A DNA stretch of 64,000 nucleotides. Origin: Phoronis australis (taxonomy: Eukaryota > Animalia > Phoronida). The position numbers and the translations under genes were made by a program. Shown piece by piece: positions 1-11,835 of this stretch (its first letter is position 1; each line of letters starts with the position of its first letter). The stretch spans positions 1,296,872 to 1,360,871 of the forward strand of contig NMRA01000037.1 of NCBI GenBank assembly GCA_002633005.1, given 5' to 3'. Below the pieces are notes generated by a model. The model was not told the origin of the DNA. It ran no database searches and was given only the letters and a program-made list of their open reading frames with translations.

Positions 1-999
1 CCTCTTTTCAAATATTACAGTAAAAACTACGTAAAATTCTCTCCATAAAAAGTACAGTTGTTAGGCTAGACTGTAATCAGCTGATCATATCCGCATGAGC
101 GAAGTCAATTATCCTCGCTCGTGACTCGATGAATAGAGCAGCTTGGCGGCATCCCTTTGAGCATGAGCCGAGCGCGTCTCAGCCAAGGTGGATAAATACG
201 GTCTAGTTCAATTTTCCATACCCCGCCGTTTACCTTAAACACCGGGGTTAGAACCAATTTTATTTAGTGGGAATGTTCATAGCATGCACTTCATTTTGCT
301 ACAGAACGCACACTGCACAGTGTAATTGTTATATTGAAACTGCATCCTCAGTTCTGACACTGTCTTTGAGCATTCAGTGGTACACACAGTAGACACCAAG
401 AGCTATTTCTGCTTCCCATGCCAAGCCCCAATTCTTTGACCCTGCTGTTGGGCTTGATGTCTGTTCTCAAATGAAAGATGCTTAAGTATATCATTCTAAG
501 TAATATAAGCAGCTACCAAGTAATGCTCAGTCAACTAAAACATTACTTTAAATAATGCCTCATCACTTCATCGACCCTTGGAACTTTACAACAACTTTGG
601 AAACTAGTGATGTTTACTATCATGCCTTCTGCAAGGGTATCGACAGCTGTAGGTAAAAGAACCCGCTTCGAGCCACAGAAATCCTTGTTTGGCACAGTAA
701 TGGCTGTTTTAGGTTAATATTCTGTGAGAGATATTTTAATATACCATATGTGTAATAATAGGCGACTGAACCAATTTTGAGTGAAATCAGCGTAACATTA
801 TTTATTGTGCCCCCAATACTGCCTGATAGGCCAGTCTTTTACAGAGCAATACTTTTGCCATTTCATGGCTACTTATAATACCCTTATTAAACATTAGGCA
901 TGCATTACCAAACGAATTCCTCATTGTGATAGATTTGATTTAGAGGTATTGCAGTACCTCAACTTGAATATTGTTAATAGTCAGGAAATATAATTTTAG

Positions 1000-1040
1000 G
1001 ATCCTGAGGCCACCTTTGCAAAGAAATACAATTTCGACAA
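1000..1040 (+). CDS. ACSS3: ACSS3-like acyl-CoA synthetase, internal exon (first one in window)
   Basis: ttttag|GAT...GAC AA|gtaagt. Encodes DPEATFAKKYNFD(N), resembling the ACSS3 segment just before the LFVAGE motif. Its phase-2 end joins the next exon in frame. Confidence 0.8.
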
Positions 1041-1749
1041 GTAAGTAAATCCAAATCATGTAACGTGTCGTTTAGTGTTGACAGTTTGTTCTTAAATGAA
1101 TGATATATTGTACTTTGTTTGACATTGTGTTCTAATCCGGCAGTTCCGGATCACACGTTAGGTTGACTAGCAGGCTATATCATAGAGTCCTTCACAAATC
1201 ATTAGGGACCCTCACAAATCGGCGCCTCTGCCGCACAGCTACAGATGTCCGTCTTAAAAAACGTGACACAACTTTAAGAAAAATAGTATGTGTCCAAGGA
1301 AAAAGTTAGTATCCATACCATGCACTGCTCAGGGCGTGCCTGTTTTATAGAAAATAATAAATTACTGTTTTCCGTTGAAATGTTTGAAACTGCGTTTATT
1401 CACTGCTGGTTTTATTATCATGCCTGTCCATTGTTTTGTTGCAAATTGCCAAAATATACTTCTCATGGTGTGCTGTGTAATGCAACATGAAGTTGTTCTT
1501 TGATTAATGTTTAATCCCGTTTATTCAACCATTTCAAAAGTCCTGACGCACAGTTTTCTACATTGCTGTAAACATACACCAGAATTACAACGTAGCAAGT
1601 GGGGAGCATTAATGGTGAACTGGAATAATGCTGTGACCAAGTTCATGCTGAATTGACTTCACTTATCTTAGATTAGTGAGGCTCTGCCTTGCCGATTCAA
1701 CACAGTCCTCTTAAGTTGCTTCTTTCCACCAACTGAAATTTTCTTTTAG

Positions 1750-1853
1750 TTTCCGAGCACTGTTCGTAGCTGGGGAGCACTGTGACCACGAGACGATGGA
1801 ATGGGCGAAGGGGATCCTCCAGAGACCCATTCTGGACAACTGGTGGCAGACTG
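1750..1853 (+). CDS. ACSS3: ACSS3-like exon (LFVAGE...DNWWQT)
   Basis: cttttag|T TTC...ACT G|gtatgg. Encodes FRALFVAGEHCDHETMEWAKGILQRPILDNWWQT, which holds the start of the adenylate-forming WWQTE motif. Confidence 0.95.
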
Positions 1854-2960
1854 GTATGGAGTAACATTGTCTGGATCAATGCAATATTAATAATTTAAAA
1901 GTGCAGGTGGTCTCAACACGTATCAGATGTGGGCTGGCCGCTCAGCCGAGCTAATGGCACCAAACACCTGAATCTACTTTCAGTTATCAATACATATAAC
2001 ACATATAGACATACCTGTATGTGCAGATTAAGATTGAGATGAGGAGCTAGAGACCTGACTCAAGGGTCTAAAAGTGGGTTCCAGTGTGATTCAAACTTTT
2101 GACACTCGACCCTCAAGGCCACACTTCCTCCTCAATGCAGTGGTTGCACAGCACACACCAACATAGTGTGACAAAGTTCGGCATGGGAGTAGGTCGCGGC
2201 TGTCATATCCGTTACAACTTTTGCTCGGGAGTTGAAAATTCTATTCCAAAATTATATTAGGAACAATTGGGTGTCTGGAAAGAATTAGCGAGGCGTATTT
2301 AGACCAAAAACCCACTCGTCAAAAATCAACACCTCGGTCATTTCAAAATCTGTGTATGTGAAAATCACATTAAAGAAGGTATTCAATGAATGAGTCCTTA
2401 ACCTCGTTGCTGTCCATGACATTTCAGGTACATTTCACTAATGGTCTTCTGAGTGCTGTCTTCACTCTTTAATTATTGGTATGTCTCCTCGTGCTGATGT
2501 TTAAAGGTTTGAAGTTACAATTGGTGTGAAATCTTCACAAAATCACATTTTTGCTTATTTCTAGTTTTGTTTTTTTCTTTTAACATTGCGTTGTGTTGTG
2601 TTGAGCATTTGTATTTTGTAACCTGTTTTTCTCAAGCGTTGGGTTTCCAATTTCTTAATTTATAACCCACATAATTAGATACTTTCCTCCACTTTTGTTG
2701 GCGGAGGTAAAAATGTGCCTAACGGATGACCCGCTTCGGTACATACTTTGAAAGTTGATGTTTTTACCACCGGAACATGGTTAAAGCAGCTGTCAGAATG
2801 GCCGCTATTAGCTGGTATTCTGTTCAAGCAATGAAGTTTTGTTTGAGGCCACTCGTTGCTATAGAATTGACCTCAACATGTTCCTAACTGTAGATGAGAA
2901 GTGATTTCTGAGTTTGTAAAAGACTCACAGTTCCTCATGCCTTAAGACCATGCTTAGTAT

Positions 2961-3096
2961 ATAAAATGATAGGCGGTGCCAAGCCAACTTGTACAGTTGG
3001 GTCTCGAGAAAAACAACGAACTTTCAATTATTTTGATGCATAAAATGAAAGGCAGTGCCAGGCCAACTTGTACAGTTGGGTCTTGAGAAAAACAAC
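2961..3096. repeat. two-copy direct repeat (~57 bp, period 79)
   Basis: ataaaatga(t/a)aggc(g/a)gtgcca(a/g)gccaacttgtacagttgggtct(c/t)gagaaaaacaac at 2961 and 3040. Confidence 0.85.
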
Positions 3097-3462
3097 TGAT
3101 GCCCTTATTTCATAACAGAAGATGGTGATACACATCTTTAGTGGAATGTTGATTGTTGCAGGTTTATAGCTAAACATTAAAAAGGTCTTCGGGAGATCTT
3201 GTGCTTTTCCTGTAGTGTTCCTGTCAAAATTTGAAACATTTTGTAGTTTTTCCTTTGAAATGGTTGGTCATTTTGTACTCAGAGCATTTTGTCAAGCGGT
3301 AAGTTTATGATATTAATATAATATATATAGTTCTTATCAAGCTCATAAATAACTTCAGGTCTTATCCGAGTAAAGTACAAGTGGAGGCTGGCTTTATGAT
3401 GGTAAGTTTTACAAAGCTTTAACTAGTTGCTTAATTTATGCCTGTGTTGTTTCTTTTTTCAG

Positions 3463-3558
3463 AGACCGGTTGGCCCATCACTTCTACTCATGTTGGCCTG
3501 GGAAATACTCTTGATCCACCCCACGGCGTCGCGGGTAAACCAGTGCCGGGATGGGACG
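3463..3558 (+). CDS. ACSS3: ACSS3-like exon (ETGWPIT...GKPVPGWD)
   Basis: ttttttcag|AG ACC...GAC G|gtaatg. Completes WWQTETG and encodes ETGWPITSTHVGLGNTLDPPHGVAGKPVPGWD. Confidence 0.95.
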
Positions 3559-4473
3559 GTAATGTCTCCTCTAGCAATGAGATCTTGTTATTGTTTCGTC
3601 TTTTAATTGTTGCAAAATGCTCATTTTCATTTGAAGCATTCCTTATTGAATGCTGTTGCCCTGAAGGTGTCACTCCGTGCGATTTAAATGGGCTGATCAA
3701 TTGAAGGAAGCTTGTCCTGTAGGCAGTATGCTGTCCATTCAGGGTTATAGCAACAATTGTATGAAGTGTTGTTGTGACTTAAGCAAAGATACAGGAATTG
3801 CGACACGCGTTGTGAACGTGCCCTTCAAATGAGATTCCATTATCACAACCAGTTTTATCCACATTCTTCCAGGCTCAACTTCTATTGTGAGTTGATGATG
3901 TAGTATAAATAGTTGATAAACCATGGTGGGAATTACATTCCAATGAATAGCTCAAGGTGTGGGTTATTTTAACTAATTACTTGACCAATTTTGAAAATTC
4001 AGAAACAAAGTTTAAGTTTTACTCCTCTATTCAGATTTTATGTTGTAATTCTATTCAGTTTCATGTCCCTAAAAGAAAATGAAATGTACAGCCTCGATGC
4101 CTTAAGATCTTCTGTACTAGGTATGAGCTGACAAAAGCAGTTACCGTCACTATGTGACCCAGTGTAAAGAGTCACTAATTTGATGGCCAGTGAGAATGGA
4201 ATGTGGATTGAACAGGTTGGGCTCACCAGGTGACGTTGGAGAAATTCAAAAGATTCCTTCATAGCGATCCTTTTCTCGATTACAGGGGATGTTTAGAAAC
4301 TGATCTTGCACCGCATACCCTATCATGCCTTGAAATATTAATTAAAATTAAAGTCATTATAAATCACTTAGTTGTGTGAAATCATGCTGTGAACTTCTCC
4401 TTGATTTGCTCACCTTCTGTTTCATGTTATTTAGTAATACTCTTCTCTGTATCATTTGTTTACTTCATTCCAG

Positions 4474-4537
4474 TGAAAGTGCTTGACAGTAATATGGAGG
4501 AGACTGACCACTACGACCTGGGAAGCATTGTTGTCAG
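4474..4537 (+). CDS. ACSS3: ACSS3-like exon (VKVLDSNM...GSIVVR)
   Basis: cattccag|TG AAA...GTC AG|gtaatg. Encodes VKVLDSNMEETDHYDLGSIVVR; phases 1 and 2 match the neighbouring exons. Confidence 0.92.
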
Positions 4538-4645
4538 GTAATGCTGTCCACTAATGCAGAACAGCATTTAAGAATCATTAGCTGTCATCAAAAAAAAACA
4601 ATTAAACCTATGATGTCAACGCCATCTTTTGTCAGGCCTCAGGCA

Positions 4646-4740
4646 CAACTTCGTCCCCAAGCTTTGAGATGGTGATGATCAGTTTAGTCATCAAGTGGCT
4701 AAACGGATCAGCACCATCTTAAGGCTTGAAGACGAGGCTG
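4646..4740. mobile_element. palindromic MITE-like hairpin
   Basis: Arms of ~42-45 bp (caacttcgtccccaagctttgagatggtg... / ...caccatcttaaggcttgaagacgaggctg) around a 5-nt loop. Confidence 0.6.
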
Positions 4741-5272
4741 ACTTCAGTTAGCCACCTTAATACTGAATTAGATTATAGGCTCATGCTGTATCTACTGTAA
4801 TTCTTTACTTATTTGACACACATTATGGCTGAAAAATGTAAAATTGCAAAAAGATTTAAGTTTTCGTTTAATATCTGCAGCACGGTAATTGTCCTTGGAA
4901 ATGGCAGAATGACAATTTTGTCAAGAACTCTTTTTGTGTGAATTGAGTTGAGAGTTCTTCCATGTCAACCGCCTTGGGTCCCCGCGTGTATCAACTTCTG
5001 TAAACCTCCATATTTAAAGAATAATTCTGTAAGATCTCTAAACTGGACTTTAACGCGACATTTTAATAGTTCAACAAAATAAAAGACATGCTAGTGATCA
5101 GCGCAGCGGCATTCTCGCAGTGCGGTGTGCGCAGGATCAAAAGTGGAACAAAGTCTCACACCCATTTGTTTTAAAAGAATCCCTATAACAATTATTTGTA
5201 CCCTACATACTATGTTTATTTAATCAAATTTGTAAAATACGGAAATTCTGTATAGGTTGACATGTATGAGAA

Positions 5273-5430
5273 TTACTGTCCTGATAAGAAAGTCCTGAAC
5301 ATTGCCTTAGTTACTGTCCTGATAAGAAAGTCCTGAACATTGCCTTAGTTACTTTCCTGATAAGAAAGTCCTGAACATTGCCTTAGTTACTGTCCTGATA
5401 AGAAAGTCCTGAACATTGCCTTAGTTACTG
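5273..5430. repeat. minisatellite, 4 x 38 bp
   Basis: The unit ttactgtcctgataagaaagtcctgaacattgccttag is repeated head-to-tail with one substitution. Confidence 0.97.
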
Positions 5431-6020
5431 AACAGTTCTACAAGTTACATGTCGGGCTTACACAGCTTTTCAAGCTTTCACTCTACATTTTGGCTGCCCT
5501 GTGTTGATTGGTTGTTTGATGAATATACAATTATTTACCTTCCATCTATAGTATCTAATTGCAACTGATTGTGTTTTAAGTAAAAAAAATCATAATGCGA
5601 GTATCATATTTCTGATTGCCAGTTAGGTATTAAATGGTATTCATAACATAACGGGGGACTCGGTGGAATTGAGGTTGAAGAAATAGACCGTTCTATATTT
5701 CATCTTGACATTTTGTAAGTCCCATCTCGGTAGGATCTTTCTGAAAATACCACTTCCTCTAAATTTGTCTAGCTTCTTGAAGATACTAAAATAAGGCCAT
5801 ATTGATTTAGGATGTATGAAATGCAACATCAATGTGGCTATGTTCACTACTTTAGTTACTGTTGACTTCTTTGTAGGCATACGACTGCGTACTCCTTTAT
5901 GAGGGCAGTTGGAGTTGTGACTGACGGCAACCTTAGAAATCACTATTTCATGATGTGGCATTATCTTGGTGCTTCATTTGTTTGTAGCGGATATATGGTT
6001 GTGGTGCCATTGTTTTGCAG

Positions 6021-6102
6021 ACTTCCTCTTCCTCCCGGGTCACTCAGTACACTGTGGCGCAGTGATGAGCGGTTCAGTGAAACGTACTTCCAGAGAGTGC
6101 CG
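6021..6102 (+). CDS. ACSS3: ACSS3-like exon (LPLPPG...YFQRVP)
   Basis: ttttgcag|A CTT...CCG|gtttgt. Encodes LPLPPGSLSTLWRSDERFSETYFQRVP; LPLPPG is typical of ACSS3/PrpE. Confidence 0.95.
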
Positions 6103-6998
6103 GTTTGTATTTCTGCCACTGGTGTGTTCATGGTTTCTGTGGTAACACTTTCAACAATAAACTCTAGTCTTCCTTCGGATTTTGCGGTGCCACTATGATG
6201 GTATTTAGTCATGCAGAGCAATGCAGTTTTTGCTCACTGACTCGTGCCCAATACAAGCTCAATTGAAACACTCTACGACTACCACATTAAGTGGAACAAA
6301 CTGTTGTCAAAGTGTGCGTACTGTGTCAACGAAGATGATCTGCAAGATATTGTGTTTAAGGTTATTTAGGACCCTTAGAAAAATGTCCAAATTTGGCCTA
6401 CTTTGGAAAATCTTATCTCAGAGATGGGTGATCAGAGCCATGAAACTTTCAGATGTTTTATACGTTGTTCTCTAAAATGTTATTTGGAATAATGTTTTGA
6501 AAATGTCCCGTTGTTGTATGAGAGTCTATCCAAAATTGGACTTTATGACTTTCATGAAAAAAAAGTTACATAAAACGATTTACGAAATTGTCGCTGTTAT
6601 GGCATTTTAATTTGTGATTTCATCTTGAACATTTATATTATTGTTATTACAGTGGTTTTGCTATCAATGTACCTTTTTGTTAAAATTTACCAAAAATACC
6701 AGGCTTGGTCACATGTCCCAATTAATGATAGTTTGATAACATATAATTTTACTTAGTCAAAATCTATAGTATTGTGGACACTTGACTGATTAGAAGGTCC
6801 TACTGCATGTAACCTGAAACGAGCATGCCTTGTGTTGAAATATCTCGCAGCATGAACAGTTTTGCTCCATTCCATCTTCTGTGCAAGCACGGTTATTAGT
6901 ATTAGAAGGAATACTTGGTGAAGTAATTGTATTGCGGCGTGTCATTGATATTGTATGTTGCTGATGGTACTGAACAGTCTTGTGTTATGTTTTTGCAG

Positions 6999-7121
6999 GG
7001 ATATTACGATACAATGGACGCTGGTTATCGGGACGAATTTGGCAACATAGCAGTGATGTCAAGAGCGGATGATGTCATCAATGTTGCTGGACACCGTCTA
7101 TCATCTGGTCAAATAGAGGAG
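6999..7121 (+). CDS. ACSS3: ACSS3-like exon (GYYDTMDAG...GHRLSSGQIEE)
   Basis: ttttgcag|GGA...GAG|gtatgt. 41 codons containing YYDTMDAG and SRADDVINVAGHRLS, the A7/A8 motifs of ANL-superfamily ligases. Confidence 0.97.
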
Positions 7122-8630
7122 GTATGTTAATTTGTAGTGTCCCGAAGGACTCCATGAAAGTGCAAACCTTCCTTGGCAATGCTGTAAAGTATGCTTAATA
7201 TGATATACATTTATTTGATTTTTTTTTTAAATACGATGGTGAAGTATCACCGTGGTGGAAATTTGGCTTAACCTTTATTTGCTATGACAGAAATTTTATT
7301 GATTTTCCATGAAATGTTCACCGATTCCATTTAAAACTATGATAACCACTGCTGTCTTCTTTGGCTGATTTTCATAAGGATCACTTGGTGACGATAGTCG
7401 CATAAAGAGATCCCACATTTCGCGAGCCTGTTTGACGGGCATCACACTGGTTCTGCCCATTATTCATCAGAAATGATTCTCAAAATGTGTGACTCCTGTA
7501 ACTCTTCGAGGTGTATGGCGTCAGCAGTCAATTAAGGACTTTGAGTAGAACGTTGTACCTGCCATAAGCTCGCCATTCTTTACAAAAATAATGTGAATCG
7601 TTTATATTTACTGCACAAGTCTGGAATTTTTATGCGCTCACGTATTTATATGTGATCGCATATTGCCGTCATCTCTGTCTGGGCGTCCGGTGTCCGCGGC
7701 TTTATCTCGTAAACCCCTTGCAGGATCTTATTGAAATTTGGCAGGTGTGTTCCCATGGGGTCTACGACCGAGGGCGGCGAGTTTCGTACTGACCCGAATA
7801 CCGCTGTGCCCCCTAGTGGCAATTTTAGTTTTTTATTTTTGCCTCTGTAGCTTCAAAGGTCTTCAACCGATTTTCATGAAATTTGGTACATAGGCATCTA
7901 TTAATGAGTTGACGCTATCCTCCCGTTTTCGGAATGCTTTGATGGAATTTTGAGCCATCTAGTGACCATTTTTACTATTTTCGAGCCGTTTTTTGACGTC
8001 CACTCCTTAAACACCCAAACCACTTTAAGGATGATTGTGAAAATTGGCATGTATGGTCTTACTATGAAGAAGACGATGATTTTCCGATGACTTCGACTAC
8101 TGTGGCGCCTCCTAGTGGCAGTTTTGTTTGTTTTTGCGCCCATGGCTGTATCTCCTAAACGGTCTACAGGATCTTTATTAAATTTAGCAAATGTATCTAT
8201 ATAAAGTTGACGACAGACGACGACGACTTTCGGACATATCGGTCCACCGGTGTGCTCCCTTGTAGTAATTTTAGTTTTTTACGTTTATCTTCAAAGGTAC
8301 TCAGCAGATTTCCATAAAATTTGGCACATAGACATCCATTAGTGAGGTGACGCTAGCCAGTTATCTTCGGATTGATCTAAGGTATTTTGCGCCACCTAGT
8401 GGCTATTTTTGTTGTTTTTGATTCGGTTTTGTGGCGTTTGTCCATCTATCAACCAAACCACTCTAAGGATGATTATGAAAGTTGGCATGTATGTAATTTC
8501 TATGAAGGGGACGGTTGCCGACAATTTTCTGATGACTTTGACTACTTTGGTGCCTCCTAGTGGCGGTTTTGTATTTTTTGCACCCATACCTGTATCTCCT
8601 AAGCCCTCTGCAGGATCTTTATTAAATTTA

Positions 8631-9144
8631 CAGGGCTTGGAATTTTCTGCGGAAACGCGGATTTCCGCTTTTTCCAAATGTGCTTTCCGCTTTTTTTATA
8701 ATATTTCCGTGTAAAAAAATCGGATTTGATATAAAATTTCCACGGCAAATTCCTTTCTTACCGCGGCGTTGCAGACGACGTTCACCTCGAAAAGCGGAAG
8801 TTGCTCTTTATGTTTCGGAGGAACGTAAATTGTCAACATTGCTGGGGAATCTGGGACAGCGTGGTGGGATTTTCAATGGCGTCTCGTGTTATTGTTAAGC
8901 GCGGCGACAAATACTACTGCTCTGCAGCCAAAAATGTGTGGCTTGGGAGTGGATGGGCAAGCTAAAAGGACGCAGACGCATGCTACTGATGGTGGTAACG
9001 TTTTTTTTTTTTTTTTAGTCCTCCCGATTTTTGTCAGGGAAAGGTTCACATTGACCATTTCAAGGCTGGTTATCGGAGGCATGATTTGGGCCGTAAAAGT
9101 TTCAAAGTTTCCGCGTTTTTTGTCATTGGTCATTCCAAGCCCTG
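8631..9144 (+). mobile_element. hAT-like MITE with 6-bp TSD, copy 1 (inside HINE A)
   Basis: TIR CAGGGCTTGGAAT/ATTCCAAGCCCTG. TSD AATTTA at 8625-8630 and 9145-9150. Near-identical to 13994-14498. Confidence 0.9.
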
Positions 9145-9304
9145 AATTTAGCACATGTATTGATATGAAGTTAGCAAGAGGAGAAGACGACTTTTAGATG
9201 GATCCGATGAACACTGTGCCCCCTAGTGGCAATTTTGTTTTTTTGTTTCCCTCTGTTTCTCTGAAATTCCTCGGAAAATTTTAACTAAAGTTGATAAATG
9301 GCTT

Positions 9305-9446
9305 TCATTGTTGTTTTATTACTTCATTGTATTATATTACTGTTTTTCTTGTTGAAGGCCCTTATGGAAAGCAGTGCTATCACTGAAGAGGCCACCCTCA
9401 TTTTAAATATCACAATAATAAATAGATAAATAAATAATAAATAAAT
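9305..9446 (+). mobile_element. 5'-truncated LINE/SINE 3' tail inserted in HINE A
   Basis: T-rich stretch, a ggccctt...aagaggcc stem-like segment and a (taaa)n tail. Absent from the homologous position of HINE copy C. Confidence 0.45.
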
Positions 9447-11735
9447 TTCTTTTAAAGAAAGAGTCACTTTTGGTTTTTAGGCGGATTCGACGCATTTTGC
9501 GCCATCTAGTGGCCATTTTAATGATACAAATAAGCAACCCTAAAAGAACACCATTTGCGATGCATTCGTGAGCGCATTTCAACGCTCCGCATTGCTCTTG
9601 TTGTCTGAGCAGTCGACAATGAGTAAGTTGGACTAGCCACCTTCAGCAAAACCAGCAACTGTCTCAATAGGAAACTGGCCTGTTCAGTAGTATCTTGTAA
9701 ATGGACAATACTTCTCTACATCATCCAGGAAAACTGGTGTCACAGTCCACCCTTGATATCACAAAAGTTGATTTATTGTGTTGTACAGGATGATTGGTAT
9801 GTTAGCGATGTCTTCACGGCAATAAAATACTGGCTGAAATAAATCAAAATGTCAAGGACAGAAACTGGTAGTTTTTTAATGTGTTTGGCGTCTGAAATTG
9901 AATTCCTCATCAAAAATTAAGTGTAGAATCCTTCTTTTGCGGAAGATTTTTCAATAAAAATTGGCCAAAATGCTGCAATGAGTTTTTATTAGTTGACAAC
10001 AGTTTTGAGCCAATTCGTGTTTACTAACATAATGTATTCATTCAGCGTTTTAGATAATGGGCGTTTGCGTTATAACATCAGATGAAACACAGAGCCTGGC
10101 GATTAACAATTAGAAAGATTGATATTAGGCCTCTGCAAACCAGTAACCTCTGTTGTGACTACTAAATGGAGTTCGTTGTAGTGGCTAGGAGTCATTAGCT
10201 CAGTCCCACTGGGGTGGTAACTTGGGTTGGAAATTCAGGACAAGTTGCACAATAAATATCAATCTAAATATGGCGTGGTAATTATGTTGCAAACAGCCCG
10301 CCATCTTTTGGCCACAAGATGCAAATCACCATCACAGGCTGAGGCACATTGTCACTTCCCAACTATGATTGGAATTACAATAGACACTTTTGCCACTGAC
10401 AGTATTTGGACTTTGATGAGGGACTTCTGTGGTTACCGTTTCCTGTTGGAGGCAACATTCTTTCCTGGTGATTTCAGATGCTGCAGACTTCATAAACCAA
10501 TTTCCTCATTGAGAAATTGAATGCTTTTGTTGTTTGAATGTCAAAAATGGGTTAACTGCGACAGAATATAGGAGAGATAAATGTTCATTGCAAGTGCTAT
10601 TTCTTCCTAGATATGTTCCAACCCCTATTGCTTAACCTGCCTGAGCAACATGAGGGCAACTTGACTTGTGTAGGGAGTGATCATAATTTTGAAATTAAAT
10701 TTAAATTCTTGTTTGTGTATCAAAGTAATTGATCAAGTCAAATTGATCAAAATAAAAACACTCAAAGTGGCATTACAACAGGAATTTTCACGAGCCTGCG
10801 TGAAAGTTGTCACTGCAGTCAGCTGACATGTGTGGGCTACTATAGATCTGCTTAAGGTTACCAGTCCAGTCGGGGATTTTCCTGACCTGCTGACGTGTTT
10901 ATGACCTATTGAACAAAAATTTGTAGCCTGTGCTGCATGTACTTGTGGGCTACTGCATGACAAAGTGCATGTTTTTGGCAGCTTTAGTATAAAAATGTTG
11001 TGTCTATGTCTAACTGGAATGATTCAGGACTCTGTTGATAGTTTATCCCTCTTTGACTGAAGTTTCTTATTATCTATTTATTTATGTCGAAGAAGAAATT
11101 AATGTTCTCATTTGCTCATTAATTTTTCTATAAGCAGCACTGAAACAATATTAGTAGCTTGCATAGTCATAAAACATAGTTGTTGATTCATCCAGAAAAC
11201 CTGGAATATACTAACAAAATTAACTGATATAACCTCAGAGGCATCACGCCTCCTTCGAAGGGTTGATGGAACTGTAGATTGGTGGGAACTGTCGTCACTT
11301 GCTTTCACGAGATCTCATCTGGCTATCATTACAACCTTTTTGTAATAATTACAATGAGGGTAGCGCCATCTGTTGTCACTGCTCGTGTATATACTCTCGT
11401 CATAAGCAGACAACACTTTGAAGCAAACTCCACCTTGCTTGTTGAGTGAGGAATTCAGTGAGTAGAAGATTAATTTTATGAGTATTGTCCAGCGGACCAC
11501 ATTCAGTTTGATTTACTTACAAAGCTTTTATATTTGACAATGGTTCCTAGTCAGTTTTTCACGTCATCAAATGATACTTGACAGCTGTAGTCTGTTTTTA
11601 AAAACTCGTGCAGCACAGACAGAGAAATTTTAAGTTACATGCCAGTTGGGATTGATGCTTAACAGTGTGCAGCAGACGGTTGCAGAACTTGTGAACAAAA
11701 CGCGATCTTTATGACGCACTTTTGTTTCTTCACAG

Positions 11736-11835
11736 GCAATGCTCGAGTTAGACGACCTGGCTGAAGTCGCAGTTATTGGATTGAATGACTCTTTGAAAGG
11801 ACAGGTTCCTATGGGACTCTGTGTTGTTAAGTCAG
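11736..11835 (+). CDS. ACSS3: ACSS3-like exon (C-terminal domain start)
   Basis: cttcacag|GCA...TCA G|gtaagc. Encodes AMLELDDLAEVAVIGLNDSLKGQVPMGLCVVKS (AMP-binding C-terminal domain). Confidence 0.95.

Larger units (their letters stand above)
7630..9601 (+). mobile_element. Helentron/DINE-1-like non-autonomous element (HINE), copy A
   Basis: Subterminal inverted repeats atgcgctcacg (7632) / cgtgagcgcat (9567), 3' stem-loop caacgctccgcattg, T-run flanks with no TSD, and internal degenerate repeats with gcgcc(a/c)cctagtggc motifs. Confidence 0.75.

Noticed and set aside
6357-6817. Possible old TTAA-flanked Kolobok-like MITE (also a possible element end at ~225-238)
   Set aside because: The TIR match (ggtta..taggacc) is too degenerate, or one end lies outside the window, so boundaries cannot be supported.
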